A stretch of 63,944 nt of DNA, the filler included, from Craspedostauros australis (lineage: Eukaryota), in the NCBI GenBank assembly GCA_030167865.1. It is 5 parts of 5 records of this genome, joined end to end, with 100 filler letters (N's around TTAATTAATTAA, not from the genome) between each part and the next. Parts side by side here need not be neighbours in the genome. Positions count along the whole stretch, not along the records: positions 1 to 23,600 come from JALAGF010005530.1; 4 more parts are not named here. One strand, 5' to 3'. The notes under the pieces are model-generated. The model saw nothing but the letters and a program-made list of their open reading frames with translations. It did not search any database and was not told where the DNA came from. Both the position numbers and the translations under genes were made by a program. Of this stretch, positions 1-10,893 are shown piece by piece; within the stretch, counting starts at the first letter, position 1; every line of letters begins with the position of its first letter.

Positions 1-28
1 TCAGCTGCGGGTGTGTGTTGGAGAGAAT

Positions 29-190
29 CCTGACATTCCCGACATTCCCGACATTCCCGACAACGCACCCGACATTCCCGACAAGACACCCGACATTCCC
101 GACAAAGCACCCGACATTCCCGACAAGACACCCGACATTCCCGACAAAACTCCCGACATTCCCGACATTCCCGACATTCCCGACAATGAC
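29..190. repeat. Minisatellite: 9-bp CCCGACATT units with a higher-order 21-bp unit (CCCGACATT-CCCGACAAnnnn, x5)
   Basis: Directly visible tandem array. All unit lengths are multiples of 3, which yields PDI/SGM repeat ORFs. Confidence 0.95.
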
Positions 191-764
191 ACATGGCAGC
201 ATGATACTATCAATTTAGACGTGATGACCAAATAAATATCAAACATCACTGAAACTGTCGTTCGTATTTAAGTCATGAGGTTTTGGGGTCATACTCGACA
301 TTTTGCCGCGTGTCCCAGATCTTCTTCCCCAAACACACGCACCACGCGACCACTTGTCATGTGGACGAACACATGAGTGTTTGAGGGGCGGATGGCGTTG
401 GTATCCACACAGATGTTCGATCCTGTTCTGATTATCGACCCGATGGACTAAAACTCCGACAATGAGAAAGATGCCACCATGCGGACTGAGGTTCGTGTCA
501 CTTGTTGTCATGGATCCAGAAACGATGGAGACTTGTTCTCCGCCAACACAGAGAGTAGATCGTCCATCTCAAAGTAGAGTCGACAGTTGACCGCGTAAAG
601 TGATAGGGATTCCGCGATATAAAAGTTAAAAGATGCTACTGTGTCGGTCGCTCTCTAAAGTAAGCGAAATGCCAAGCACGGATTTGGCGTTCGCTCGATT
701 GATCGATCGATTGCATGGAATTCAAGAGGAGCTCCTCTTCATCGCCATGCCCCGTAGAACTCAT

Positions 765-2201
765 TTACAGAGTGATACCCTCCGCAGGCTCGAACTTGCT
801 GCCCAACTCGGAAAGCTTCTTGTGGGCGGCGGCGTAGCTCTTGAAGAATTCCTCCTGGCTGTCACGGAACTTCTCGGCGAATGGCTTGAAGTCCTTGTCG
901 AGGAAGACGACCTTGTCGGATGTGAGTTTGAGGAGCTCTGGATCGGCATTGTCGTCGTCGAGAGTTGTGAAGTAGGAGTTGTCGAAGATGAGGAATTCCT
1001 TGGTCCAGGAGGAGCCGCCTGGTGTGTAGGAGGCCTCCTTTCCGTCGGCGCGCTTTTGTGTGGATCCGTCAGTGAACTTGGTCTTCTCGGCTCCCAATCC
1101 GGATCGGTCCTTGTACGCGCGACCTGTGTTGGTGAGCGAGTTAGTAAGTGGGTGGGTGAGCGAGTGAAGGGAAAGTGAAGGCAAGGTGTATGTTCAAGTT
1201 GAAGAGGGGGAAGGCAGGGTGGTTGAACGACGGAGATGGTTGGGTGAGTCGATGAACGAGATGTTGTTGGATTGATGGGTGGAATCGTTTTCTCTTTTTC
1301 CCCAAGCACACCCCTGTACGCCTTGCGAACATCGACATGCTGGGTTGTTGATTGTGGCGTGTACGTGGACACATGCATCCAAGCAAATTCACTGGTTGTC
1401 GTATCCATCTCCACCTTCAAAGGCTGGCGTTCGGGTTTAGACAACACCTCAGTTGCATGCGTCATCAACATCGTCGCCTTCACTGACAACATCCAAGCCG
1501 CGTCGCAAACATTTGCACTTACCCAAAGCGTGAGCACCGGAAAGCGCGACGATCTCCTCGTCGCCCAATCCCATGCGGTAGAAGACCTTGCGCAAATGTC
1601 CTCCCACACTGGTATCCTCGGTGGTCATGGTGCCGCCGGGACCTCCGAACTTTCCTTCACCGCCGGCCTCGGCATCTGGAAGGTTGCCCTCTGGCGAGCA
1701 CATGTCGGCGCTGGTGGCATCGACGCGGCCGTACTTGACGCCGAGGTCTGGTCCACCGGCCAATTCGATGGCACGTGCGGATCCCATCTGGTAGATGTCG
1801 GCGTAGCTCATGTCGGGGAAGGCGGCCTTGACTGGCTCGAGGAGCTTGACGGCACCGGAGAGACCGGCGTTGGCACCGTGGTTGATCTCTGGCTCGAAGC
1901 GGATGGAGGCGATGGCGCCGCCGGCCTTTGGCCATTCCTCCTTGGCGAGGTTGACATCGAAGGTGCCGGAGTCGTGCCACGCGAGGCGCACGAGGATTGG
2001 GCCGCAGGAGTTGTCGAGGATGATCTTGTCGATCATCTCCTTGGCGCCGTTGAGGATTTCCTTGGTGACAGCCATCTTGAGTTCTGTGGATGTGGAGGTT
2101 GTTTTGGAGAGGGAGTGGCGGATGTTGGGGGTGAGCGGTGCGAAGGCGGATGTGGTGGTCACGAAGGCGCAGAAGGAAAGCGAAAGAAAAGTGAGTTTCA
2201 T
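765..2201 (-). CDS. APX: Plastid-targeted ascorbate peroxidase (class I heme peroxidase); exons 2201-1523 and 1123-765
   Basis: Signal peptide MKLTFLSL..TTSAFAP. Distal RLAWHDSGTF motif, GGAIASIRF, HGANAGL, SYADIYQM. The proximal motif ALSGAHALG|RAY is restored by the GT-AG intron 1522-1124. C-terminal FDNSYF and AHKKLSELG. Confidence 0.9.
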
Positions 2202-3414
2202 GGTGGTTCCGTTCCTATCAGCAGCTCGTATTGCTTCTGTGGTTTGCGAGTGTGGACGTCTGGTTGGATTGGATTGTGTGTGTCTGGTGATCTTGCGTTT
2301 CTGCTTGATCCGTATCTGTGGCTGTAGCTGATGTGTTGTGTGGTTGATGTGTCTGAGTTCGAATCTTTGTCGGAACAGTATGATCTCTGGTAATCGTAAT
2401 TTGCTGGCTCCCGTGGATCGGCAGGTGGAAGATCCTTGCGTTGATTCGGAGTGCCATACGACTGCTAATACTCGTACTACTACTGCCACTGATGTCACCG
2501 CAATTGCGAAACGCCTTCTGCCATTCGGCTTGGTACCAAGACAGCGCGATGCGAAGGGATACCAAGCGATGTGATGTGATGTGTGTGTATCTGCCTTTGG
2601 TTGGTGCAGAGAGTTGATGCCCGATCTTTTCGAAACCCACACACCCAAAAGAGAAACCACCAGCTCAGGATCGCAAACAGCATCTCAGGTTGTTCAAGGG
2701 TGTTGATGAATGACTCGTCAGGCCATCATGGCCTGAACGTAAGATCCATGGCACTTACGTTTGGTATTACTGTTCTGGTTTGCGGTTGGTGCGTGTATGG
2801 TTTTATGTGTCAGATCTGGGTTTGCGCAGTGTTGTTGTCATTGATGTTACATGCGATGAAAGTGGTACCTCCCGTCTGTCCACAACAACGATGGTTCTGT
2901 TTCGTCGTGGTGGCCCTTCGTGGCGTCGTCTTGGTGACAGAAGAGAAGGCCCTTTCGATGTTGCGCGCAACTGGTTGATGTGACGGGATGTGCGTTGTGA
3001 ACTGCTCGATCGTTCCTCGTGCTTCCAATTTCTTGGGCAACAAGATCGCGGGCGAAAATCGTTCTCGTTTGCGTCATCACACGATTGGTCAAGTGGCAAT
3101 CCCACGTACATGACGCCATATTTATCGAAATTGATACTGGTACCACGAATGCGAAGGAACGGTTCAGTCAACAGGTTTCCGTGCCTTCTTCAGAATGGTA
3201 CTGTGAATGGAGTACAACTACCATATTATGATATAATAGATATTTCACCGCACCTTTCAAACAAAATCCTCATGTTTGGATGGATCCAATCCACGAAACA
3301 CAACACAAACATCATACCATACCATACCATACCATACCATACCAATAGGTCGTACACTACGTTGGACATCACACAACCCATCTGCCCACACACTGCACTG
3401 CGCACAGCACCAGC

Positions 3415-5109
3415 ATGCCGCCTTCCCCATCCATCTTCCCTCGCCGCCTGCGCATCCGCCAAGCATCGCGCTTGCTGCAGAACGGCGCCATCACATGCGA
3501 AGAGTTGGCCTCGTACTGTCATGCGTTGGCCGTGGCCGGTGAGGAATGCTGGCAATTGAACGCCTTTGCCTCCATCGTTGCGCTCGATGATCTGCTGGCA
3601 CAGGCGCGTGACGTGCAGCCCTCCAGCTCAAAGCTGCGGGGCATCCCCGTCAGCATCAAATCCAATCTGGCCGTCTCGACGCAGCCACTGACGGCCGGCA
3701 GCCGCATGTTGAGCAGCACGGCGCCGTGCGGATACGATGCCGATACGGTGCGCACGTTGCTGCGTGAGAATGGAGCCTTGCTGATTGGCACCACGACGAT
3801 GGATGAATTCGGGATGGGCAGTTTGGGGACCAACGTGTGCGGCGATGATGATGCGAAGTTTGTCAAGAATCCCACGCCGTTCCTCCAAGCATCATCCAAC
3901 GTGATGCAAAACGACGACGACGACGACGAAACCATCGTGCGCATGATCCAACAACCCCACGACGCCATCCTGGAGGCGCACCACCAGATCCAGCAAGATA
4001 GCTGGCCGCATCTCTGCGCCGGCGGTTCGTCCTCGGGTGCGGCCGTCTCCATCGCGCACGGCTCGTCGTTGCTGGCGTTGGGCTCCGACACGGGTGGCAG
4101 CGTGCGGTTGCCGGCAGCATGGTGCGGCGTCGTGGGATTGAAACCCTCGTACGGGCTGTTGTCGCGGCATGGTCTCGTCAGTTACGCGTCGTCGTTCGAT
4201 ACCGTGGGGTTGCTGGCGCCGTCGGCGGATTGTGCGACGATCGGGTTGGACGTTTTGACGCGGGGCGTGCAGAGTCGGGGTGGTGGCAGTATGCAGTGTG
4301 GCAGGGATTCGACGATGATCTCGGAGATCTATCAGCCGTCGTTCTACTTTGGTGGCGATAGCACCAACAGCGACGCTTATGATGATGGCATACCAGAAGC
4401 AACAGAGAAAACACTGAATGGTCTGAGGATCGGCGTGCCCGCCGCATTCTCCGTCTCTCCATGTCCCGACTTCATTCGTGAGGCATGGCAAAAGGGCGTG
4501 GACCGACTGGCGCAGCAAGGTGCGACAATTGTGATGGTGGATGAGACCAAGATCGATCCCGAGCTGATCCAACGCTGTCTCGCGGCCTACTACGTCCTCG
4601 TCAGCGCCGAGGCCAGTTCCAATTTGGCACGGTACGATGGGTTTCGGTATGGCCTGGATGTTGATGTTGACGCTATTGACAATGACGACAATGACATTGA
4701 CATGACACCGCTGGAACGACGATACTCGCAGGCCCGCACACAAGGCTTCGGCACGGAAGTGATGCGACGTATCCTGTGCGGCACCTTCGTCTTATCGTCG
4801 GACCGCTTCCACTCGCACTACGAAGCCGCGGCCAAGATCCGTGCGCAGACGGCGCAACAGCTGCAGGCCGTGCTGCACGACGACGTCGACTGCCTTGTCG
4901 TGCCGACGGCCGTATCACCAGCAGTCGAAGGCGACGCGGCACGCAATGCGACGGCCATGTTCGCCAACGACGTCATGACGGTGCCCTTCAGTTTGGCGGG
5001 GCTGCCCAGCGTGTCGGTGCCCGTGCAAGACGGGGTCGGACTTCAGGTCGTGGCGTCGCGTCTCAAGGAGGATCTCATTCTGCGTGTGGGCGGTGTGTTG
5101 GAGGCCTAA
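3415..5109 (+). CDS. gatA: Amidase-signature protein, Glu-tRNA(Gln) amidotransferase subunit A (organellar)
   Basis: GIPVSIK, MDEFGMG, GGSSSG, GSDTGGSVRLPAAWCG, AYY..EASSNLARYDG and EVMRRILCG motifs; single exon. Confidence 0.88.
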   Translation: MPPSPSIFPRRLRIRQASRLLQNGAITCEELASYCHALAVAGEECWQLNAFASIVALDDLLAQARDVQPSSSKLRGIPVSIKSNLAVSTQPLTAGSRMLSSTAPCGYDADTVRTLLRENGALLIGTTTMDEFGMGSLGTNVCGDDDAKFVKNPTPFLQASSNVMQNDDDDDETIVRMIQQPHDAILEAHHQIQQDSWPHLCAGGSSSGAAVSIAHGSSLLALGSDTGGSVRLPAAWCGVVGLKPSYGLLSRHGLVSYASSFDTVGLLAPSADCATIGLDVLTRGVQSRGGGSMQCGRDSTMISEIYQPSFYFGGDSTNSDAYDDGIPEATEKTLNGLRIGVPAAFSVSPCPDFIREAWQKGVDRLAQQGATIVMVDETKIDPELIQRCLAAYYVLVSAEASSNLARYDGFRYGLDVDVDAIDNDDNDIDMTPLERRYSQARTQGFGTEVMRRILCGTFVLSSDRFHSHYEAAAKIRAQTAQQLQAVLHDDVDCLVVPTAVSPAVEGDAARNATAMFANDVMTVPFSLAGLPSVSVPVQDGVGLQVVASRLKEDLILRVGGVLEA

Positions 5110-5575
5110 GTTCCCTTGACGTAGACAATGCGGAAGCAGAAATTTCCACCGACAATTTTGGAGCACGCAATCGTGCATGAATTCGGAAGGGCGCCAAAAA
5201 CTCTGAGGTACCGCGTCTCTGCGCGTGTGACAATTTGGTGACTGCTTCCGCTTTGCAATCCGCATTGCGTTCTCTTCTTGGTGCTGTTGTCTTGGTGCTG
5301 TTGTCTTGGTGTGTACTTTCTTGGTGCATGGACTTTCTTGGTGTGCAGTGCTTGGTTTGGATTGGGCTGGATTGAGTGGCATTGCACTGACGATTAAGTC
5401 GCAGCAGGAGACATCAACAGAGTGGAGCGGAGCGATTGTATTGGTATGTACTCGTCGTAGCATAGACAACCACGCTACAACCAACGACAACCAACGACAA
5501 TCACAACCCAACAAAGCAAGGATAGCAAAGATAGCAATAACAATAATTGCATATTAGCAGCAAGAAGAGCCCACC

Positions 5576-8500
5576 ATGATGCGAAGGTTGGCAGCAGCGG
5601 CCGCTGTTGGTCTTTGCATTGCGAACTCTTGCGCCTCGGCTTCCTCAACGAGTAGTCGTATGGCAATGTCAACAGCAGCAGAAGTGGAGAGCGAACGATG
5701 GAGAGCGCAGCATGCCCATCCAACTCAGCAGCAGCAATACGCAGGGTTGGAACGGAGGCTGCGAAGGATACGCGGAGACGCAGCACAGCAACAGCAGCCA
5801 GACCAACAACAGCTACACCACCACCACCACCAACAACACCAACAACAAGAGCAACATGATGCGCCCGCTTCCATCGCACCGCAACTCGACGACACCGCAC
5901 CGCGCCAACTCCAATCCGCCGAACCCGATCGAGCCTGCCTCCGCGCCTTGACGAACGGCGACTCCGTGCGCGACAATCTGCTGTTCAAGGACCCCGAATA
6001 CGTGCGCTTCGTCAACCATTACTCGGGCTACGTCTTCGAGAACAGCTGGATCTCCTTCGACACGCTGCCGCCCTACCTGCAATCCAACTTTGACGCCTTC
6101 AGCGCCGCAGAAAGCCGCGGCCGATGGATCAACGTCGTGGGCTCCAAACCGGGCGCCGCCATGAGTCCCGACCAGACGATGTTCCTCATCGATCTCTGCA
6201 CGACGACGAAGGACCTCATCGACAATCCGCCGCCGACGCAGGCGCCCGTCGAGCTCACGTGCACCATCAACTTCGATCAGTTCCAGTGCGATATCTCGTT
6301 GGCGCGCGCCGACAACGATCCCGGCAACGACCGCGACGATCTCCTGAATCGCGTCGAATTCGCGGCCTTTGCGAGTCGCATGGATGACGCCAACGACTAT
6401 CCCGAGTTCGATGTCTTGCCGGCGGCGACGCAGGACGTCTTTGACGAATACGCCACGACCAACCAACAGATCGATATCACGGGCGCAAGGCCCAACATCG
6501 ATCCCACGCAACCGCAGGCCGATTATCTCTTTCGCGTGTGCTGCGCGACGTTGGAATCCTTTTTGGCAGGTTCGCGGATGCCGTCGTCGTCGCCGTCGAT
6601 ATCCATGCGGCCAACGCAACAGGCCATGCCAACGCAAGCGCCCAGTATCACGGCGCAACCGACAGGCGTACCCTCGGCGCCGCCGACCACGTTGCCACCG
6701 ACATTTCCGCCCGGCATCTCGGAAGCGTACAATGCCTTCATCATCTCGTCGCCGCCGTCCACCAACCTCGAGGGCGACAATCGCAATGTCTTGAACCAGG
6801 CCTACACGCTGTTTGTCACGCAGAATTTGCCAAACATCACATTGCCACAACCACAAAGACAACTGCGCGCTCAGCAACGACGACTGCAAATCACGTACGC
6901 GCCGGATTCGGCCGAGATTTATCGCATCATCGAGTCGGCGTGTCCATCCACTGCTGCAACTGTCTGCCACACCGCGTTTGCGAAATTCCAACTCACGATC
7001 GATGGCGAAGATCCGGAGGTCGTCAGCGACGCGTACACCGCAGCAACGCAAGACTCCATCGCGGAAGGGGCGTTGCAGACGGCATTGTTGGAAGTGCAAG
7101 AATTTACCGTCTTGCGGATCGAGAATGCGACATTTCCGGTATTGCCGGTCGATGATGTATCGAACGCGCCGACGCAAGTGCCGACGCAAGGTCCTGGTAC
7201 AAGAGGCGGTGGTGGTGATGGTGGTGGTGGTGACAGTAATACCGGCATGATTGCGGGCATCATCGCGGGCGTTTGTGTCGTGTGCTGTTGCGGCGGATTC
7301 TTTTATATGCGCAGTCGCGGCAATGGTGGTGGACAGCGTATGGACGTTGATAAGGAACCGCCGCAGCAGCAGCAGCAGCCTGCGTCGACCGGCAATCTCA
7401 ATGCCTTTGGTGGTGCCAGCAAGGGTGACGAAAACAGCGACGAGAGCGACGACAGCGATGACGAAGAGCAAAAGCCAAAGGAACAGAGTGGACGGCTCTC
7501 GTTTGGAGGTGATCCCGCCAACTCATTTGGATTCGGAATGTCCAAGACGAAAGGATTTGGGGATGATGATGATGATGATAGCAATAGCGAGAGTGAGAGT
7601 GATAATGGCGATGAAAATGACGATGAAAATGATGATGAGCAGGACAACGACAACGATGAAAATGATATCTTTGGTGGTTCCACGAGTAACAACAACAACA
7701 ATGACACGATGGGCTTCGGCAGCAACGGATTCGATGAACCATCCGTGCTGGAAGAATCGAAGGAGGTTCTGGATTCGGCCTCCGAAAGTCGAAGCATGTT
7801 TGGCGAGGACAACAAAGCGGGTTGGCTCAATGATGGCGGCACGGCTGACAATTCTACCGCGGACGCCTTCTTCGGGAGCAACGACGCTGGTGGCTGGGGC
7901 GTCGCATCGAACGTGCAAGATGAAGCGGAGAATATCTTTGGCGACTCCGCCTTTGATGGGGAGACCAAGAGCGAAGGGTCGGAATCACGTTCACATTCAC
8001 AGTCACAGGAGGACGAGGGTAGCTACACATCCGATGACGGCACGTACGAATCCGAAATCAAGGGGGGCGACGACTACAACGACGACGCGCAGTCCTTCTC
8101 ATCCGGTTCGAGTTCTCGCACGCCCGACCAACCACCGGGCAGACCGGACAACGAGAACTTCGATTCGGCGAGTTCGCAGGGTAGCATGCCATCCAAACTC
8201 AAGCGAGCGGACGATGAGCTGGACAACATGATTGATGATGGCAACTGGGACGGCATCGTGGAGGCGGCGGAGAACTTCAGCACGGCGGACGCCACGGAAG
8301 ATACGCTGTCCAACGATGAGCGATCGTTGGGAGAACCGTCGCAGGGCGACGACAATTCGCGGGGTAGCGAAGGATCCGGAAGCTACTCCAGCAGCGAGGA
8401 GGGATCGGCGGTCTACACCGACGAATCGAGCCTGCAATCGGCCGACAAGATACGTCGCGCGGAGTACCGATCTCAAGTCGAAGCCTTGGTGCGGTTGACC

Positions 8501-9271
8501 GTGCCGGATGAGATCGGTGAAATCGATGCCATGATGGATCGCTTTCGTGGCAGGGAAGATCAGTTGATCTCGACCTTGCAAAACATGCAGGAACGCGGCG
8601 GACAGCTGCGGGCCCGGGCCGCCGTCCACAAAAGCAAAGGACGCGCAGCACGGTCTGGCAACGCGTTTCAATCTGATACCGGCATCACGGAAGCCACGAA
8701 GGATACCATGGCCGGCGCGGCCGTCATTGCGGCAGCGAGCATGACGCAACCCACAGATCCAGTTGAAGACGACGGTGACGATGGTTACGATGACGAAGAA
8801 GAGGTGGCGGACAACGAAGGGATGTCATTTGAGGACGATGTCAAGTTCGGAGACACCATCGAGGAAGGGTCCTACGAAAGCGGGAGCCAGAGCTACAGCG
8901 AAGACGAGCGATCGTACTACAGCGGCGATAGCGGCAGTGGGAGCCGCAGCCCCAGCCGCAGCCGTCGCAGCGACGATGATGAAGGCAGCTATTACAGCAA
9001 CGAAAGTGGCAGCCGCAGTTACCGTGACGGAGAAGGATCGTACTACAGCGACGAAGATGGCAGCCGAAGCCGTCGCGATGGCGAAGGCAGTTACTCCAGC
9101 AACGGGAGCGGAAGCTACGACGATGAAGGGTCCTACTACAGCGGGGACGAAGGCAGTCGCAGCCGCAGCCGTCGCGACGGCGATGGTGAAGGAAGCTCCT
9201 ACAGCAATGAAGATCGAAGCCGCAGTTACACGGAAGAGGAGGAGGGTAGTTACTACAGCGATGAGGAGTGA
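5576..9271 (+). CDS. 1231-aa type I membrane protein: signal peptide, RXL motifs, two Cys-containing repeats, P/T/S linker, TM helix, long acidic Ser/Gly/Tyr-rich tail
   Basis: Long intact ORF. Hydrophobic N-terminus; TM segment MIAGIIAGVCVVCCCGGFFYM followed by RSR; repeated GSYYS motifs in the tail. Confidence 0.85.
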   Translation: MMRRLAAAAAVGLCIANSCASASSTSSRMAMSTAAEVESERWRAQHAHPTQQQQYAGLERRLRRIRGDAAQQQQPDQQQLHHHHHQQHQQQEQHDAPASIAPQLDDTAPRQLQSAEPDRACLRALTNGDSVRDNLLFKDPEYVRFVNHYSGYVFENSWISFDTLPPYLQSNFDAFSAAESRGRWINVVGSKPGAAMSPDQTMFLIDLCTTTKDLIDNPPPTQAPVELTCTINFDQFQCDISLARADNDPGNDRDDLLNRVEFAAFASRMDDANDYPEFDVLPAATQDVFDEYATTNQQIDITGARPNIDPTQPQADYLFRVCCATLESFLAGSRMPSSSPSISMRPTQQAMPTQAPSITAQPTGVPSAPPTTLPPTFPPGISEAYNAFIISSPPSTNLEGDNRNVLNQAYTLFVTQNLPNITLPQPQRQLRAQQRRLQITYAPDSAEIYRIIESACPSTAATVCHTAFAKFQLTIDGEDPEVVSDAYTAATQDSIAEGALQTALLEVQEFTVLRIENATFPVLPVDDVSNAPTQVPTQGPGTRGGGGDGGGGDSNTGMIAGIIAGVCVVCCCGGFFYMRSRGNGGGQRMDVDKEPPQQQQQPASTGNLNAFGGASKGDENSDESDDSDDEEQKPKEQSGRLSFGGDPANSFGFGMSKTKGFGDDDDDDSNSESESDNGDENDDENDDEQDNDNDENDIFGGSTSNNNNNDTMGFGSNGFDEPSVLEESKEVLDSASESRSMFGEDNKAGWLNDGGTADNSTADAFFGSNDAGGWGVASNVQDEAENIFGDSAFDGETKSEGSESRSHSQSQEDEGSYTSDDGTYESEIKGGDDYNDDAQSFSSGSSSRTPDQPPGRPDNENFDSASSQGSMPSKLKRADDELDNMIDDGNWDGIVEAAENFSTADATEDTLSNDERSLGEPSQGDDNSRGSEGSGSYSSSEEGSAVYTDESSLQSADKIRRAEYRSQVEALVRLTVPDEIGEIDAMMDRFRGREDQLISTLQNMQERGGQLRARAAVHKSKGRAARSGNAFQSDTGITEATKDTMAGAAVIAAASMTQPTDPVEDDGDDGYDDEEEVADNEGMSFEDDVKFGDTIEEGSYESGSQSYSEDERSYYSGDSGSGSRSPSRSRRSDDDEGSYYSNESGSRSYRDGEGSYYSDEDGSRSRRDGEGSYSSNGSGSYDDEGSYYSGDEGSRSRSRRDGDGEGSSYSNEDRSRSYTEEEEGSYYSDEE

Positions 9272-10032
9272 AGCAATTGATTGATAAATTGATGGGATAC
9301 AGACCATAGAGATGATGTATGGTACGGTATTATTGTATACTCTAAGTATGTACATTTGGGGGATAACTTTGATCTCTTGCGTTCTCAACAGTGAAATGGC
9401 TGCGTCCAAGTAGTCGTATGCATCAGTACGATTAGGAGACGATTCCTGTTGTGTGTCGTTGCTGTTGTGCTCCGTCATGGTCGCCGTTGCCGCTGCTGAA
9501 TGGAAAGGCAGCATACACACGTCCATACAATACATGAAGAGAAGGGAACGATGTTCTGCCCATCATCTCGGATTCGAGTACCCGTGGTGGTACGTCCTGC
9601 GAACGTCGAGATCTGCACGCTTCCTCGTTTGGATGCTCAAAGTCGGAATTCGTGAATGAGAGGATCGTCTCAGTCACAGAACAAGGATTTGAAATGAAAC
9701 AATCGATTGAGTCAAGTCGTGAAAGAACAATAACGACGCGTGTCACAGTCGCCCCACGACCGAACACAGAGAGTTGTTGGTCGCACACAAAAAACACAAA
9801 CCCACACCATCACGAACACGAACACGAACACGGCTGCGCCTGTCGAGGATGATGCCCACCCATGACATGGACACCGCGATCACAGCATCATCACATTACA
9901 GGTCGTTCAATACGTAATGCACAACTATACTACCCGTACATACGAGTGGAGAGACATTAGACGCAGAGGCCCAAGGCAGAGAGAGAGAGAGAGAGAGAGA
10001 CGCACCCGCTGGAGCAATAGCATCCGAATCGA

Positions 10033-10893
10033 TTGAGTGAAATCATGGTGGAAATCCAGTACTACGTGCCGCCTTTGGAAGACGACGATGAGTCTGAGAT
10101 GCCGCCTCCCATGGTACCAGCACGGCTGATCCCATCCTGCGACGAAATACTGTACGATGATGTGTTCCTCGAACCTGTCGCGCCTCCCAACGTTTTGAAT
10201 CGCAGGGAAGCGCCCACCAATGCGTTCGGAGCCTCGAATACAGAAGGCGCCCAAGATCGGATGCATTTTGGTGCCTTGCGGCAACGACGTGCGAACGGGA
10301 ATGCCTCGGCACCAACAGGCAGCTTCCGCAACCATGACAACAGCAACCATGACAACGGAAGCAACAACAATGAAAGCAACAGCAGTAGCAGCAACGACAG
10401 CGATGCCGATGACAGCGACCGATCGACTCTCTTAGCATCAGGTGCGACCGGAGCGGTGTTGGGAACGTTGATTGGGGGTCCGGCTCTTGGGATCCTCGCG
10501 GGGTTCGGATCCGCCTACGCCTGTTCGCAACCAGCCGGAACCTCTGCTGGAGATGTTGGCCGTGCCATGGCAGAAATCGGGGCCTTGGCGCGGTCGCGCG
10601 CCATCGAGATTGATCAGCGTCACGGCGTTGCGCACAAGGTCAAGGCCGGCATGGCGCAGGCATGGGGTTATGCGAAGCGCATGAACCAAAATCACAAGTT
10701 GCTGCAGCGCTTCCAAGACTTTGTGGTGTGGAGTGTGGCGACCACGATTGAAATGGTACAGGAAAAACGTGGTTTGCGCAACAATGGAGGATCTGGCCCG
10801 GATGCAGCCGAAGCAAGCACATCGAGGGATACGCGGGGTGCACGCCAAGCACAATCTTCGAACACACCCTCTGTCAGAGCCGAAGCGTACTGA
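10033..10893 (+). CDS. Hypothetical protein with glycine-zipper hydrophobic segment (ATG probably at 10045)
   Basis: 286-aa ORF with GATGAVLGTLIGGPALGILAGFG followed by GDVGRA..HGVAHKVK. Confidence 0.7.
   Translation: MSEIMVEIQYYVPPLEDDDESEMPPPMVPARLIPSCDEILYDDVFLEPVAPPNVLNRREAPTNAFGASNTEGAQDRMHFGALRQRRANGNASAPTGSFRNHDNSNHDNGSNNNESNSSSSNDSDADDSDRSTLLASGATGAVLGTLIGGPALGILAGFGSAYACSQPAGTSAGDVGRAMAEIGALARSRAIEIDQRHGVAHKVKAGMAQAWGYAKRMNQNHKLLQRFQDFVVWSVATTIEMVQEKRGLRNNGGSGPDAAEASTSRDTRGARQAQSSNTPSVRAEAY

Noticed and set aside
29..190. CRISPR-like repeat array
   Set aside because: Units are contiguous with no unique spacers, there are no cas genes, and the context is eukaryotic.
3313..3343. (CATAC)n and similar short repeats (5276-5311, 30707-30782)
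   Set aside because: Ordinary micro- and minisatellites in UTR or intron positions.
5813..7471. Long antisense ORFs (also 1272-2327, 14305-15393, 15660-16541, 17702-18652, 47526-48563)
   Set aside because: Shadows of GC3-rich genes on the opposite strand, with no independent motifs.
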